Source of the DNA: Jatrophihabitantaceae bacterium
GTDB lineage: Bacteria; Actinomycetota; Actinomycetes; Mycobacteriales; Jatrophihabitantaceae
Direction: 5' to 3'
Length of the DNA stretch: 64,000 nucleotides
NCBI GenBank assembly: GCA_036258135.1
Contig: DATAEG010000003.1
Coordinates: forward strand, 128 to 64,127
The translations under genes were made by a program, and so were the position numbers. Numbering within the stretch: the first letter of the stretch is position 1; each line of letters starts with the position of its first letter. The notes below the pieces were generated by a model that was given only the letters and a program-made list of their open reading frames with translations, made no database searches and was not told the DNA's origin. Shown one piece after another: positions 21,143 to 31,653 of this stretch.

Positions 21143-22399
21143 TCATGCCTGCACCACCGGGAGCTCCTCCGTTGTGGGTTCGGTCAGGACCTGCACCTTC
21201 GCGTCGGGAAGGAACCGCAGGACGTTCTCGACATACGAGCGCACCGCCTCGGCCCGGCCCACGTCCTGGCCGCGTGCCTCGGAGAGGAACCAGCGGTGCT
21301 CGTTGATCTCGTGGTAGAGCTCGGCGTCCGGCATCTTTCCGCGCAGGTCAGCCGGGACCCGGCCGACCACGCTGTAGAACTTCTCGTCCAGCCAGCGGCG
21401 GGCGCTGAGATCTTCGGGCACCTCTTCGCCGATGCCCTCGATGAGCTTGGCGCGGAACCGGGCTAGGTCGGCCAGCAGCCGTCGGGCTTGGTTCTCCTGG
21501 ACGTGCAGTCCGGTGAGGGCGAAGAAGCGGCGCTGGTGGTGGCCGGGCTCTACGACCTGGGTGGTCAACCGCAGGTTGCGGCCGCGTTCCTCGGTGTGGA
21601 TCTCCACCTCCGAGACGTCGAAGCCCATCGCGTTCAGTCGGCGGATGCGTTGGTCGATGAGGTAGCTCTCGTTCGCAGGCACGACAGCGTCGGTGTGCAG
21701 TTCGCCCCAGAGCCCGTCGTAGCGACTGGTCAGCTCCTGCGCCGTGTCGATTGGGTCGATGTCGGGGGACAGCCAGCCGGCCGACTCCAGGTCGAAGAGC
21801 TCCCCGGCGATGTTCTCCGTGGCGATCTGGACGTCGTACCCGCGCTGACCGGGAGTGAGCTCGGGGTGCAGCTCGCCGGTCTCCGCGTCAACGAGGTAAG
21901 CCGAGAGCTCGCCTGCGTCGCGCCGGAACAGGGTGTTCGACAGAGAGCAGTCACCCCAATAGAACCCGGCCAGATGAAGGCGGACGAACAGTTGGGCCAG
22001 CGCGTCCAGCAGGCGGGACTGCAGGTCGGGCAGGGTACGTCCGGTGAACAGCGAACGGTAGGGCAAGGAGAACGCCAGGTGTCGGGTGATCAGCAGCGCG
22101 CCGAGTTCCTCGCCTTCGTTGTCCTCGCGGTCGGTGACGGTGCCGAACGTCTCCACGGCGGGCACGCTGCGCAGCGCGAGCGCGCGCAGCAGCTGGTGCT
22201 CGCGCAGGACGTAGCGGTCGGTGGCCTCCTTGATCGCGAAGATCTGCCCGTGCGCCCGGATGAAGCGCACCACGTGCCGGGAGATGCCGCGCGGCACCTG
22301 GACGATGCGTGGGTCGTCCCACTCGGCCAAGGGACGGTCGTACGGCAGGTCGATCAGTTCGGTGGCCACGCCGACCGTCGTCAGCGTGTAGTCACCCAT
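21143..22399 (-). CDS. DUF4032 domain-containing protein (kinase-like fold)
   Basis: 418-aa ORF. The N-terminal lipopolysaccharide-kinase-like region (FYWGDCSLSNTLF) and conserved C-terminal half are typical of actinobacterial DUF4032 proteins. Confidence 0.75.
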   Translation of the reverse strand: MGDYTLTTVGVATELIDLPYDRPLAEWDDPRIVQVPRGISRHVVRFIRAHGQIFAIKEATDRYVLREHQLLRALALRSVPAVETFGTVTDREDNEGEELGALLITRHLAFSLPYRSLFTGRTLPDLQSRLLDALAQLFVRLHLAGFYWGDCSLSNTLFRRDAGELSAYLVDAETGELHPELTPGQRGYDVQIATENIAGELFDLESAGWLSPDIDPIDTAQELTSRYDGLWGELHTDAVVPANESYLIDQRIRRLNAMGFDVSEVEIHTEERGRNLRLTTQVVEPGHHQRRFFALTGLHVQENQARRLLADLARFRAKLIEGIGEEVPEDLSARRWLDEKFYSVVGRVPADLRGKMPDAELYHEINEHRWFLSEARGQDVGRAEAVRSYVENVLRFLPDAKVQVLTEPTTEELPVVQA

Positions 22400-22459
22400 T
22401 CAGTCCTCCGGTTTCCACCGGTGCGATCGTACCGACGGGGTTACGAGTCGAAGTGGCCA

Positions 22460-23050
22460 CTAGATCGCCGGCAACGTGGTGCAACCGGCTCGTCGGCGCA
22501 CCTGGCGGCCGCTTCGTTTCAGCCGGCTTGCCTGAGCGCGGCCCGGATCACAGACACGACGTGATCCGGCTCGTCCTGCGCGTTCGTGCAGCCGGCCGTC
22601 GATCTCTACCGCCACGTGCTGCGCGACGAACGCGATGTCGAGGTAGTACGTGCGGCCACGTATGCGGACGAGATGGTTGGCGGTCCGCGCTTCGACCCAT
22701 TCGGGCGGCACGACTCGCCGCTCCCAGCGGTAGCCGGGATGGCCGAAGCGGGCGCGCACGTTCGCCACGCGGACGGTGTCGTGCTTCAGTGCCGGCCAGA
22801 ACGTCAGCTGGGCGGCAGTGGGACCGCAGAGGACGGCGTCAGGAAAGCGTCGGATCACCGCTGCGATGCATGCCTCCCTCCCGGCTGATCGGGCGGCCAC
22901 GTAGACGTCAGGCAATACCGTCACGAGTCGCCCAGCCGCCGTCGCGCGGGCCAGTGCCGCCCGCAGCTGCGGGTGTTCGGAACGCAGCAGGACGCCGCCC
23001 GAGGCGCGAGCAGATCGTCCCACCGGTCCACAGGCGCAACTCTGGTCCAC
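22460..23050 (-). pseudogene. DUF559 (Vsr-like endonuclease domain) protein, probably frame-shifted/truncated
   Basis: The N-terminus is typical (GVLLRSEHPQL...AGRLVTVLPDVYVAA) and the core reads YYLDIAFVAQHVAVEIDGRLH. The expected C-terminus (TNAQDEPDHVVSVIRAALRQAG, stop 22519) is in another frame. Confidence 0.45.
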
Positions 23051-23096
23051 TGGCTACGCGCGAACCGGGTCCCGGCGCCGCCCTGTGGACGGCGCC

Positions 23097-23118
23097 TGTC
23101 GGTGTTGGTCACTACGCT
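23097..23118 (+). promoter_or_regulatory. RecA-NDp (PafBC-type) DNA-damage promoter candidate for uvrA
   Basis: TGTCGGTG-ttggtcac-TACGCT fits tTGTCRgtg-N8-TAnnnT. It lies 37 nt upstream of the uvrA GTG. Confidence 0.5.
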
Positions 23119-23154
23119 CGTTGAGAACGCCTTCCCCCGGACCGAGAGAGAACT

Positions 23155-26055
23155 GTGGCCGACCGTCTGATCGTCCGTGGTGCCCGCGAGCACAACCTGC
23201 GCGACGTCCATGTCGAGCTGCCCCGCGACGCTCTGATCGTGTTCACCGGGCTCTCCGGCTCGGGCAAGTCCTCACTGGCCTTCGACACGATCTTCGCCGA
23301 GGGTCAGCGGCGCTATGTCGAGTCACTTTCGGCCTATGCACGCCAGTTCCTCGGCCAGATGGACAAACCGGACGTCGACTTCATCGAGGGCCTCTCGCCG
23401 GCGGTGTCGATCGACCAGAAGTCGACCAGCCGCAACCCGCGTTCGACCGTGGGCACGATCACCGAGGTGTACGACTACCTCCGCCTGCTATTCGCCCGGA
23501 TCGGCAAGCCGCACTGCCCAATCTGCGGCGAGCTCATCGCCAAGCAGACCCCGCAGCAGATCGTCGACCGCGTCCTCGAGATGCCCGAGGGCACCCGCTT
23601 CCAGGTACTGGCTCCGGTGATCCGGGAGCGCAAGGGCGAGTACGTCGACCTCTTCGAAGACCTCCAGATCAAGGGCTACAGCCGGGTCCGGGTGGACGGC
23701 GTGGTGCACTCGCTGACCGAGCCGCCGACGTTGAAGAAGCAGGAGAAGCACACCATCGAGGCGGTGGTGGACAGGCTGGTGGCCCGGCCGAGCAGCAAGC
23801 AGCGCATCACCGACTCGGTGGAGACCGCGCTCGGCCTGGCCAACGGGCTGGTTGTGCTCGACTTCGTCGATCTCGACGAGAACGACCCGCACCGCGAACG
23901 CCGGTTCTCCGAGCGGCTGGCCTGCCCGAACGACCACCCCTTGGCCATCGACGAACTCGAGCCGCGGTCCTTCTCGTTCAACTCCCCGTTCGGTGCCTGC
24001 CCGGTCTGCACCGGGATCGGGACCCGCAAGGAGGTCGACCCGGAGCTGGTGATCCCCGATCCGCAACGGTCGCTGGCGGACGGGGCGATCACACCATGGG
24101 AGACGCCCCAAACGGGCGAGTACTTCCTGCGGCTGCTCCAGGGCGTGGCCGACGCCGAGGGCTTCGACCTGGCTACTCCGTGGGAAGAGCTGCCGGCGCG
24201 GGCGCAGAAGGTCGTGCTACTCGGCAGCGCCGACCAAGTGCACGTTCGCTACACGAACCGGTACGGACGGCAGCGCTCCTACTACGCGACGTACGAGGGT
24301 GTGCTGCCGTGGCTGGAGCGGCGACACGCCGAGACCGACAGCGACTACTCGCGTGAGAAGTACGAGGGGTACATGCGCGAGGTGCCCTGCCCCGCCTGCA
24401 ACGGCACCCGGTTGAAGCCGGAGATCCTGGCGGTGACCGTCAACGGCCGGTCGATCGCCGAGATCGCTGCGCTCTCGATCGGTGAGGCCAACCAGTTCTT
24501 CCGTGACATACAGTTGACCGGACGGGACCAGGTCATCGCCGAGCGGGTGCTCAAGGAGGTGCACGCCCGTCTCGGGTTCCTGGTTGACGTAGGCCTGGAC
24601 TACCTGTCGCTGGACCGCGCCGCCGCGACACTGGCCGGGGGAGAGGCGCAACGGATCCGGCTGGCCACGCAGATCGGGTCCGGCCTGGTCGGCGTGCTGT
24701 ACGTCCTGGACGAGCCGTCGATCGGGCTGCATCAGCGCGACAACCGTCGTCTGATCGACACCCTGGTGCGCCTCAAGGACCTGGGCAACACGCTCATCGT
24801 CGTCGAGCATGACGAGGAAACCATCCGCACCGCCAATTGGGTGGTGGACATCGGCCCGCTGGCCGGCGAGCACGGCGGCGAGATCGTGGTCTGCGGGACG
24901 CTCGACGACCTGCTGACCAGCGAGCGGTCGCTGACCGGTGCGTATCTCTCCGGCCGGCGCACGATCGAGACACCGATGGTGCGCCGGCCCCGGCAACGTG
25001 GCCGCGAGCTGGTCGTCGAGGGCGCCCGCGAGCACAACCTCAAGAACATCGACGTGTCGTTCCCGCTCGGCTGCTTCGTCGCCATCACCGGCGTGTCCGG
25101 CTCGGGCAAGTCCACGCTCGTCAACGACATCTTGTACCACTCGCTGGCCAACAAGATCAACGGCGCCAAGCTGCCGCCGGGGCGGCACAAGCGGGTGCGC
25201 GGCATCGAGCAGGTGGACAAGGTGGTCGGCGTTGACCAGTCACCGATCGGGCGTACCCCGCGGTCCAACCCGGCCACCTATACAGGCGTATTCGACCACA
25301 TCCGCAAGCTGTTCAGCGAGACCACCGAGGCCAAAGTCCGCGGCTACCAGCAGGGCCGGTTCTCGTTCAACGTCAAGGGCGGCCGGTGCGAGAACTGCGC
25401 CGGCGACGGCACGATCAAGATCGAGATGAACTTCCTCCCAGACGTGTACGTCCCGTGCGAGGTGTGCAAGGGCGCCCGGTACAACCGCGAGACGCTCGAG
25501 GTGCACTACAAGGGCAAGACCATCGCCGAGATCCTCGACATGCCCATCGACGAGGCCGCCGAGTTCTTCAAGCCGATCAGCAAGATCGCCCGGCACCTGG
25601 ACACCCTCGTCGACGTCGGCCTCGGTTACGTCCGGCTGGGCCAGCCCGCGCCGACGCTCTCCGGCGGCGAGGCGCAGCGAGTGAAGCTGGCGTCGGAGCT
25701 ACAGAAGCGGTCCACCGGCCGGACGATCTACCTGCTGGACGAGCCGACGACCGGGCTGCACTTCGAGGACGTGCGCAAGCTGCTGGCCGTGCTCGAGTCC
25801 TTGGTCGACAAGGGCAACACCGTGCTCGTGATCGAGCACAACATGGACGTGATCAAGACCGCCGACTGGATCATCGACATGGGGCCGGAGGGTGGTTCCG
25901 GGGGCGGGACGGTGGTGGCCGAGGGCACGCCGGAGGAGGTGGCCACGATTCCGGCGTCCTACACCGGGCACTTCCTGGAGCGGATCCTGCGCGACCGGAT
26001 CCCGCCCCCGCGTCCGGGGCGGCGGTCCGCCAAGCCCGCCCGACGCGCCGGCTGA
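23155..26055 (+). CDS. uvrA: excinuclease ABC subunit A
   Basis: 966 aa. [14 protein letters not shown], two ABC modules ([20 protein letters not shown]), zinc-finger cysteines and two LSGGEAQR signatures. Confidence 0.97.
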   Translation: MADRLIVRGAREHNLRDVHVELPRDALIVFTGLSGSGKSSLAFDTIFAEGQRRYVESLSAYARQFLGQMDKPDVDFIEGLSPAVSIDQKSTSRNPRSTVGTITEVYDYLRLLFARIGKPHCPICGELIAKQTPQQIVDRVLEMPEGTRFQVLAPVIRERKGEYVDLFEDLQIKGYSRVRVDGVVHSLTEPPTLKKQEKHTIEAVVDRLVARPSSKQRITDSVETALGLANGLVVLDFVDLDENDPHRERRFSERLACPNDHPLAIDELEPRSFSFNSPFGACPVCTGIGTRKEVDPELVIPDPQRSLADGAITPWETPQTGEYFLRLLQGVADAEGFDLATPWEELPARAQKVVLLGSADQVHVRYTNRYGRQRSYYATYEGVLPWLERRHAETDSDYSREKYEGYMREVPCPACNGTRLKPEILAVTVNGRSIAEIAALSIGEANQFFRDIQLTGRDQVIAERVLKEVHARLGFLVDVGLDYLSLDRAAATLAGGEAQRIRLATQIGSGLVGVLYVLDEPSIGLHQRDNRRLIDTLVRLKDLGNTLIVVEHDEETIRTANWVVDIGPLAGEHGGEIVVCGTLDDLLTSERSLTGAYLSGRRTIETPMVRRPRQRGRELVVEGAREHNLKNIDVSFPLGCFVAITGVSGSGKSTLVNDILYHSLANKINGAKLPPGRHKRVRGIEQVDKVVGVDQSPIGRTPRSNPATYTGVFDHIRKLFSETTEAKVRGYQQGRFSFNVKGGRCENCAGDGTIKIEMNFLPDVYVPCEVCKGARYNRETLEVHYKGKTIAEILDMPIDEAAEFFKPISKIARHLDTLVDVGLGYVRLGQPAPTLSGGEAQRVKLASELQKRSTGRTIYLLDEPTTGLHFEDVRKLLAVLESLVDKGNTVLVIEHNMDVIKTADWIIDMGPEGGSGGGTVVAEGTPEEVATIPASYTGHFLERILRDRIPPPRPGRRSAKPARRAG

Positions 26056-26063
26056 GCGCGCGG

Positions 26064-26576
26064 CTAACCGAGGCGCCACTCGCGCCGGGCGTCGCCGTCC
26101 CAGCGCCGCAGCCCGGTGAACGTGCCCGGCCGCGGCGTCCAGTCCAGCAGTTCCAGTGCCCGTGCGGTCTGCGCCCGGTGCAGCCGGCGGGCCAGAGTGA
26201 CATGCGGTGTCCATCCGCCCGGCGCTAGGTTGTCCGGTCGGCCCGGACAGTCACGCATCCGGCCGGCGACCTCGGCGTGCAGCTCCAGCAGGTCCGCGGA
26301 TGGCTCGACCAGCCGGACCAGGACGTCGGTGCGGTGTGAGAAGACGGTGGGTCCGACGAGCGTGCACGCGATCGGGAGCCTGGCCGTGACCGCGGCGAGC
26401 TTCTTGTCGATCCGGGGGTAGATCGCGGTGGCCACGCCGACGGTGACATGCGGCCGGTTCGACGGCGCGTGGTTGCGATCCTGGCCGGGCAGCCCGGCCG
26501 CGGTCAGCGCCTGCCACTGGGCGCGGAGGTGGGCATCGAGCTCGTCGTCGAACAGCAGCTCCACCGACTGCACCAC
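26064..26576 (-). CDS. 2H phosphoesterase / 2'-5' RNA ligase family protein
   Basis: 170 aa with a GTG start. Two H-x-T motifs (PHVTVG, PHVTLA). Confidence 0.75.
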   Translation of the reverse strand: MVQSVELLFDDELDAHLRAQWQALTAAGLPGQDRNHAPSNRPHVTVGVATAIYPRIDKKLAAVTARLPIACTLVGPTVFSHRTDVLVRLVEPSADLLELHAEVAGRMRDCPGRPDNLAPGGWTPHVTLARRLHRAQTARALELLDWTPRPGTFTGLRRWDGDARREWRLG

Positions 26577-26600
26577 GCGCCCAGCCTAAGTAGCGCAGAT

Positions 26601-26616
26601 TTGAGCGATCGCTCAA
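26601..26616. promoter_or_regulatory. Perfect 16-bp palindrome TTGAGCGATCGCTCAA (candidate TetR operator 1)
   Basis: Read directly from the sequence. It lies in the 87-nt divergent spacer upstream of the membrane-protein/TetR bicistron. Confidence 0.45.
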
Positions 26617-26634
26617 CAGCGTGTTAGCCTCGGC

Positions 26635-26650
26635 TTGAGCGCTCGCTCAA
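26635..26650. promoter_or_regulatory. Near-palindrome TTGAGCGCTCGCTCAA (candidate TetR operator 2)
   Basis: Same arms as operator 1, 34 bp centre-to-centre. It ends 3 nt before the GGAGG SD of the gene at 26664. Confidence 0.45.
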
Positions 26651-26663
26651 ACTGGAGGTCGCC

Positions 26664-27284
26664 ATGGCGCGTCAGTGTTGGGCTGAGCTTCGAGTGGTGC
26701 TGCCGCGATCGATCGCCCTCGGTGCACTTGCCGGGGCCGGCGTAGGTGCGCTGGTGGGCACGATGATGGTGCCGTTGTTCGGGACGATTGCCGGAGGCGT
26801 CATCGGCGCCGGCGCGGGTGCGCTGTGCGGCCTGGGATCCGGATTCGCCCTGGCGGCGGTGGCGGCGAACGCGGGGACTCGGGAAGTTCGTGCGGTCGGT
26901 GCCCTGGCGGCAGGCGCGGGCGGTCTGCTGGAGGCAATGGCCGTTTATCAGCACAAGGCCTTGTCTACGATCGGGATCTTGGTGGCCGTGGCGTTCGCAG
27001 TGGTCTGCGCAGGTCTCGGCGCCTGGATGGCGCCGTGGGCAGCATTCAATGGCACGGCTCCGACCCGTGCGATGTTGCGCCGGGCGGTCGGCATCTGCGC
27101 GGTCATCGGCGCGGGCGCGGGAGCCGTGATTGGCCTTGGCCTGGGGCTGGATGCATATCCACCGACAGCGTTGTTCGCGCTGGTCGAAGGGGCGTTGTTC
27201 GGACTTCTGATCGGAACGCCAATCGGGTTCTGGATCGCCCTGGCCTGGTCTGTGACGCCGGTCAATCGAAAGGTTTCGCGATGA
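26664..27284 (+). CDS. glycine/alanine-rich integral membrane protein (hypothetical)
   Basis: 206 aa with repeated GxxxG glycine-zipper-like helices. GGAGG SD. Its stop overlaps the TetR start (ATGA). Confidence 0.65.
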   Translation: MARQCWAELRVVLPRSIALGALAGAGVGALVGTMMVPLFGTIAGGVIGAGAGALCGLGSGFALAAVAANAGTREVRAVGALAAGAGGLLEAMAVYQHKALSTIGILVAVAFAVVCAGLGAWMAPWAAFNGTAPTRAMLRRAVGICAVIGAGAGAVIGLGLGLDAYPPTALFALVEGALFGLLIGTPIGFWIALAWSVTPVNRKVSR

Positions 27285-27958
27285 GGGACACCAAGTCCCG
27301 GCTCCTGGTTGCGGCCGCCGAGACGTTGCGGGAGAGCGGCATCGCCGGACTGTCGGCGCGCACCATCGCGGCCCGAGCGGACGTTAACCAGGCGTTGATC
27401 TTCTATCATTTCAACACCGTCGCTGAGCTGGTGGACGCCGCGGTACGCGCTTCGGTGGACGCGCGGGTCGACTTCTACCGTGACCTGCTCGCCACGGTCG
27501 GGTCGCTGACCGAACTCCTGGAGGCCGGGCGCGAGCTGCACGAACGGGAGACCGAGCTCGGCAACGTCGCGATGATGGCCCAGCTCATGGCCGGGGCCCA
27601 GCAGGACAAGACGTTGGCCGCGGCGGCTCGCTACGCCATCGACGCGTGGATCACCGAGATCGAGACCGTGTTGACCCGGCTGCTAAACGGCAGCCCGCTG
27701 GCCGAGGTCGCAGATCCGAGCGGCCTGGCCCGCGCGGTCAGCGCGTCGTTCATCGGCCTCGAGCTGTACGACGGCGTCGATCGGGACGGTGCATCGGCAG
27801 CGCTCGACGCGTTGCAGCGGCTCGGCGTCCTAGTCGAGGTGATGGACGACCTCGGTCCGGTAGCGCACCGCGCCCTGCGCCGCAGAGTCCGCCGAAAGGG
27901 TGCTCACCGGACGAAAGCCTGCCCGCAAGACGGGCGCATTGCCGGTTCGGCTCGCTAA
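27281..27958 (+). CDS. TetR/AcrR family transcriptional regulator
   Basis: ATG 27281 in ORF 26825..27958. N-terminal HTH RLLVAAAETLRESGIAGLSARTIAARADVNQALIFYHF. Confidence 0.85.
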   Translation: MRDTKSRLLVAAAETLRESGIAGLSARTIAARADVNQALIFYHFNTVAELVDAAVRASVDARVDFYRDLLATVGSLTELLEAGRELHERETELGNVAMMAQLMAGAQQDKTLAAAARYAIDAWITEIETVLTRLLNGSPLAEVADPSGLARAVSASFIGLELYDGVDRDGASAALDALQRLGVLVEVMDDLGPVAHRALRRRVRRKGAHRTKACPQDGRIAGSAR

Positions 27959-28015
27959 GATCGGCTCGCTCGGCCGCGCGGTGGCTCATACCCGCCTGGC
28001 CGGAACGGGGGTCCA

Positions 28016-29650
28016 GTGGGTCGGCATAGGTCCAAGCGCAAGACGGGGCGCGTGCTGTGGATCGCCGCGGGGGCGGTCGTGGTGGCGGTGGCAGCCGGGG
28101 CCGTCGTCGTCACCGCCGGCCAGCTCAGCTCGGGAAAGTCACAAGGCGGCCACTCGTCGAGCACGTCGAGCGCCAGCACGAACTGCCGGCGTAGCGTCTC
28201 GGTAATCGTGGCCTCCAGCGTCCGGCCGGTGCTGGACAAGGTCGTCGGATCCCTCTCCGGCACGGCCAATTGTGTCGGCATGCAGGCCACCGTCGCCGAC
28301 GGCAGCGACGCCGTCACCTTGGTCGAGAAGACCCGTCCGGACGTGTGGATCGCCGACGACACCAGCTGGGGCAATCTCGTCCCGGCTGGCATCCTCCTGA
28401 AGGCTCCGCCGACGGTCATCGCCACCTCGCCGTTGTTCGCGGTGCTACCCCGCGGGGCGTCTCTGCCCGCCGGCGCGACCACCTGGGACGGTCTGAGCAC
28501 GGCGCTGGCCAAGCGCACGGCGTTGCGGCTGACGCTCGCGGATCCCGCGGTGGCCGGCCCGAGCATGGTGGCTGCGGGCACGCTGACCGCTGCGGTCATC
28601 GAGAAGTCCGGGCCGCTGATCTCGGCGCTCAACCTGATGCGGGCCTGGCAGGGCGGCCACACCACGCCCGGGCCGGCTCCGGCCTGGCCGTCTACCGGTC
28701 AGGTGGGCCTGGTCACTGAGCAGCAGGTGATCCAGGCTGAGGCCGCGAAGCGGTATACCATCCGAGCGCTGGGCGGCCCGACGGCGCTGCAGCGGGTCAG
28801 CCTGAGCGAGTCGCAGGCGGCCGCTGCCGACCACACCCGGGCGAGGTCGGTGGCCCGGCTCAAAGCCGCGCTGATGACGCCGACCGCGGTGAAAGCCTTC
28901 GAGGCGGCCGGCTTCCGTGGCCCCGGGGAGAAGGCCGAAGCTCCGGCGTCGTCGGACCTGCCCGCGGTCGCCCTTGCCTCGACGTACCCCACGACGCCGG
29001 AGCACTTCATGTACCACGTCCTCACCACGTGGCACCCGGACCGGCGCCGGGCCAATCTGCTCGTCGTGGTGGACGTGTCGGGCTCCATGGCCGATCCGGC
29101 CCCGGGCACGAAGAAGTCGCTGATCTCTCTGGTCTCGCAGGGTGTCGAGCAGGTCCGCTCGCTCATGCCCGGCGACTCCCGGGTCGGCCTGTGGGAGTTC
29201 GGCTCCCAACTCGACGGGCAGCGCGACTATCGCGTTCTCGTCCCGGACCGGCCGCTCGATGCCGCGCAGCGGCACCGCCTGACCGCTGCCGCGCACAAGC
29301 TGAAGGCACAGCAGACCGGCACCGGGCTCTACGACACCATCCTGGCCGCATATCGCGCCCAACTGGCCCACTTCTCCTCGGACATGCCGACCGAAGTGAT
29401 GGTCTTCACCGACGGCCGCAACGAGGACGACCCGAATTCGATCTCGCTGGCCGCGCTGCGCAATGCCTTGGCCAACAGCGACCGGGCCAAGCACGTCCAG
29501 GTCGGGGTGCTCGGCTTCGGCAACCGCCTGCCCGTGGACGCGTTCAGCGCTGCCCTCGCACCGATCGAGGGCCAAATCGACACGATCGGCAGCGCCGACG
29601 AGGTGCTCGGCGCGTTCGTGCACGCTGTATCCGGCGGCCTGACGCACTGA
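28016..29650 (+). CDS. membrane-anchored substrate-binding-like plus VWA domain protein
   Basis: 544 aa. N-terminal TM helix ([20 protein letters not shown]), a central periplasmic-binding-protein-like region, and a C-terminal VWA domain with MIDAS DVSGSM ... TGLYD ... VFTDGRNED. Confidence 0.75.
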   Translation: MGRHRSKRKTGRVLWIAAGAVVVAVAAGAVVVTAGQLSSGKSQGGHSSSTSSASTNCRRSVSVIVASSVRPVLDKVVGSLSGTANCVGMQATVADGSDAVTLVEKTRPDVWIADDTSWGNLVPAGILLKAPPTVIATSPLFAVLPRGASLPAGATTWDGLSTALAKRTALRLTLADPAVAGPSMVAAGTLTAAVIEKSGPLISALNLMRAWQGGHTTPGPAPAWPSTGQVGLVTEQQVIQAEAAKRYTIRALGGPTALQRVSLSESQAAAADHTRARSVARLKAALMTPTAVKAFEAAGFRGPGEKAEAPASSDLPAVALASTYPTTPEHFMYHVLTTWHPDRRRANLLVVVDVSGSMADPAPGTKKSLISLVSQGVEQVRSLMPGDSRVGLWEFGSQLDGQRDYRVLVPDRPLDAAQRHRLTAAAHKLKAQQTGTGLYDTILAAYRAQLAHFSSDMPTEVMVFTDGRNEDDPNSISLAALRNALANSDRAKHVQVGVLGFGNRLPVDAFSAALAPIEGQIDTIGSADEVLGAFVHAVSGGLTH

Positions 29651-29684
29651 CGACCCGTCGGCGGGCGGCGCTACTGTCGGAAGG

Positions 29685-31607
29685 GTGCCCGATCCATCGA
29701 CCTACCGGCCTGCTCCGGGCACGATTCCGGTCGACCCGGGGGTATACCGATTCCGCGACGAACGTGACCGCGTCGTCTACGTCGGCAAGGCGAAGAACCT
29801 ACGTTCCCGGCTGAACAGCTACTTCGCCGACATCAGTGCCCTGCACCCGCGCACCCGCCAGATGGTCCTGAGCGCGGCGCGCGTCGAATGGACGGTGGTG
29901 ACCACCGAGGTCGAGGCGTTGCAGCTTGAGTACAACTGGATCAAGGAGTTCGACCCGCGGTTCAACGTCCGCTATCGCGACGACAAGTCCTATCCATGGC
30001 TTGCGGTGACGCTCAACGAGGAGTTCCCGCGGCTTCAGGTCATGCGCGGAGCCAAGAAGCGGGGGGTGCGGTACTTCGGGCCGTACTCGCACGCCTGGGC
30101 CATCCGCGAGACCCTCGACCTGCTGCTCCGCGTGTTCCCAGCCCGCACCTGCTCAGCGGGCGTCTTCAAGCGGGCCGGTCAGATTGGCCGGCCCTGCCTG
30201 CTCGGCTACATCGGCAAGTGCTCCGCACCGTGCGTCGGACGGGTCAGCGCGGAGGAACACCGTCAGATCGTCGACGACTTCTGCGACTTCATGGCCGGCC
30301 AGACCGACACGATGATGCGGCGGCTGGAGAAGCAGATGGCCGTGGCCGCCGCCGATCTCGATTTCGAGCAAGCCGCCCGGCTGCGCGACGACCTGACTGC
30401 GTTGCGCCGCGCGATGGAAAAGCAGGCGGTGGTGTTCGGAGACGGCACGGACGCAGACGTGGTCGCATTTGCACAGGACGAGCTGGAGGCCGCGGTCCAG
30501 GTGTTCCACGTGCGGGGCGGCCGAGTGCGCGGCCAGCGCGGTTGGACGATCGACAAGGTCGAGCAGATCGGCACCGCGGAGCTGGTGGAGCAGTTCGCCA
30601 CCCAGATCTACGGCGACGCCGACGCCACCGCCATCCCGCGCGAGCTCCTCGTCCCAGAGCTCCCCGAGGACGTCGACGCCCTCGCCGAATGGCTCAGCGC
30701 GCGGCGCGGGGCGCGGGTCCGGCTGCGGGTACCGCAGCGCGGCGACAAACGCGCGCTGCTGGAGACGGTTGGGCGCAATGCGGCGCAAGCCCTCACGCAG
30801 CACAAGCTCAAGCGGGCCAGCGACCTCAGCGCCCGCTCCCAGGCGCTGGCCGAGATCCAGGAGGCGCTGCACCTCGACGACGCCCCGTTGCGCATCGAGT
30901 GCTTCGACATCAGCCACATTCAGGGCACCGACGTGGTGGCCAGCATGGTGGTCTTCGAGGACGGCCTGGCCCGGCGCAGTGAGTACCGCCGTTTCGCCAT
31001 GCGCGAGACGGGCGGTGACACCGACTGGATCGCCGAGGCGGTGCGGCGTCGGTTCGCACGTTACCTGGAGAGCCAGGCGCAGATCGCGGCCGACCAGGTC
31101 GTCGAAGGACGGCCCGCCAAGTTCGCCTACCCGCCCAACCTGGTGGTCGTTGACGGCGGCGGCCCGCAGGCTAACGCCGCGCAGACCGTGCTCGACGAGC
31201 TCGGCATCACCGACGTCTCCGTGGTGGGTCTGGCCAAGCGGCTCGAAGAGGTCTGGCTGCCGCACGAGCCGTACCCGGTGATCCTGCCCCGGACCTCGGA
31301 AGGGCTGTATCTGCTCCAGCGGGTCCGTGACGAGGCGCACCGCTTCGCCATCACCTACCACCGGCAGAAGCGGTCCAAGTCGATGATCGCGTCGGTCCTC
31401 GACGGGGTGCCCGGGCTGGGGGAGACGCGCCGCAAGGCGCTGATGACGCACTTCGGCTCGTTGAAACGGCTGCGCCAGGCCGACGTCGTCGACGTCACGG
31501 CGGTGTCCGGGATCGGGCCGCAGACCGCGGCCGCGATCGTCGAAGCGGTGCATCGCGACGACGGCCCGGTGGCGGTCAACACGGCCACCGGCGAAGTCCT
31601 CAGCTAG
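29685..31607 (+). CDS. uvrC: excinuclease ABC subunit C
   Basis: 640 aa with a GTG start. GIY-YIG ([25 protein letters not shown]), UVR domain, endonuclease V-like domain and C-terminal HhH. Confidence 0.96.
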   Translation: MPDPSTYRPAPGTIPVDPGVYRFRDERDRVVYVGKAKNLRSRLNSYFADISALHPRTRQMVLSAARVEWTVVTTEVEALQLEYNWIKEFDPRFNVRYRDDKSYPWLAVTLNEEFPRLQVMRGAKKRGVRYFGPYSHAWAIRETLDLLLRVFPARTCSAGVFKRAGQIGRPCLLGYIGKCSAPCVGRVSAEEHRQIVDDFCDFMAGQTDTMMRRLEKQMAVAAADLDFEQAARLRDDLTALRRAMEKQAVVFGDGTDADVVAFAQDELEAAVQVFHVRGGRVRGQRGWTIDKVEQIGTAELVEQFATQIYGDADATAIPRELLVPELPEDVDALAEWLSARRGARVRLRVPQRGDKRALLETVGRNAAQALTQHKLKRASDLSARSQALAEIQEALHLDDAPLRIECFDISHIQGTDVVASMVVFEDGLARRSEYRRFAMRETGGDTDWIAEAVRRRFARYLESQAQIAADQVVEGRPAKFAYPPNLVVVDGGGPQANAAQTVLDELGITDVSVVGLAKRLEEVWLPHEPYPVILPRTSEGLYLLQRVRDEAHRFAITYHRQKRSKSMIASVLDGVPGLGETRRKALMTHFGSLKRLRQADVVDVTAVSGIGPQTAAAIVEAVHRDDGPVAVNTATGEVLS

Positions 31608-31653
31608 CGGCGCGCGCTGCATCGCTCCCCCGCGTTGTGCTGGAATTGGCGAC

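Noticed and set aside
23085-24356. 423-aa plus-strand ORF overlapping the uvrA 5' half in another frame. Other off-frame ORFs lie at 24217-25188, 25386-26228 and nearby.
   Set aside because: uvrA motifs occupy the frame starting at 23155. The alternatives are Arg-rich nonsense.
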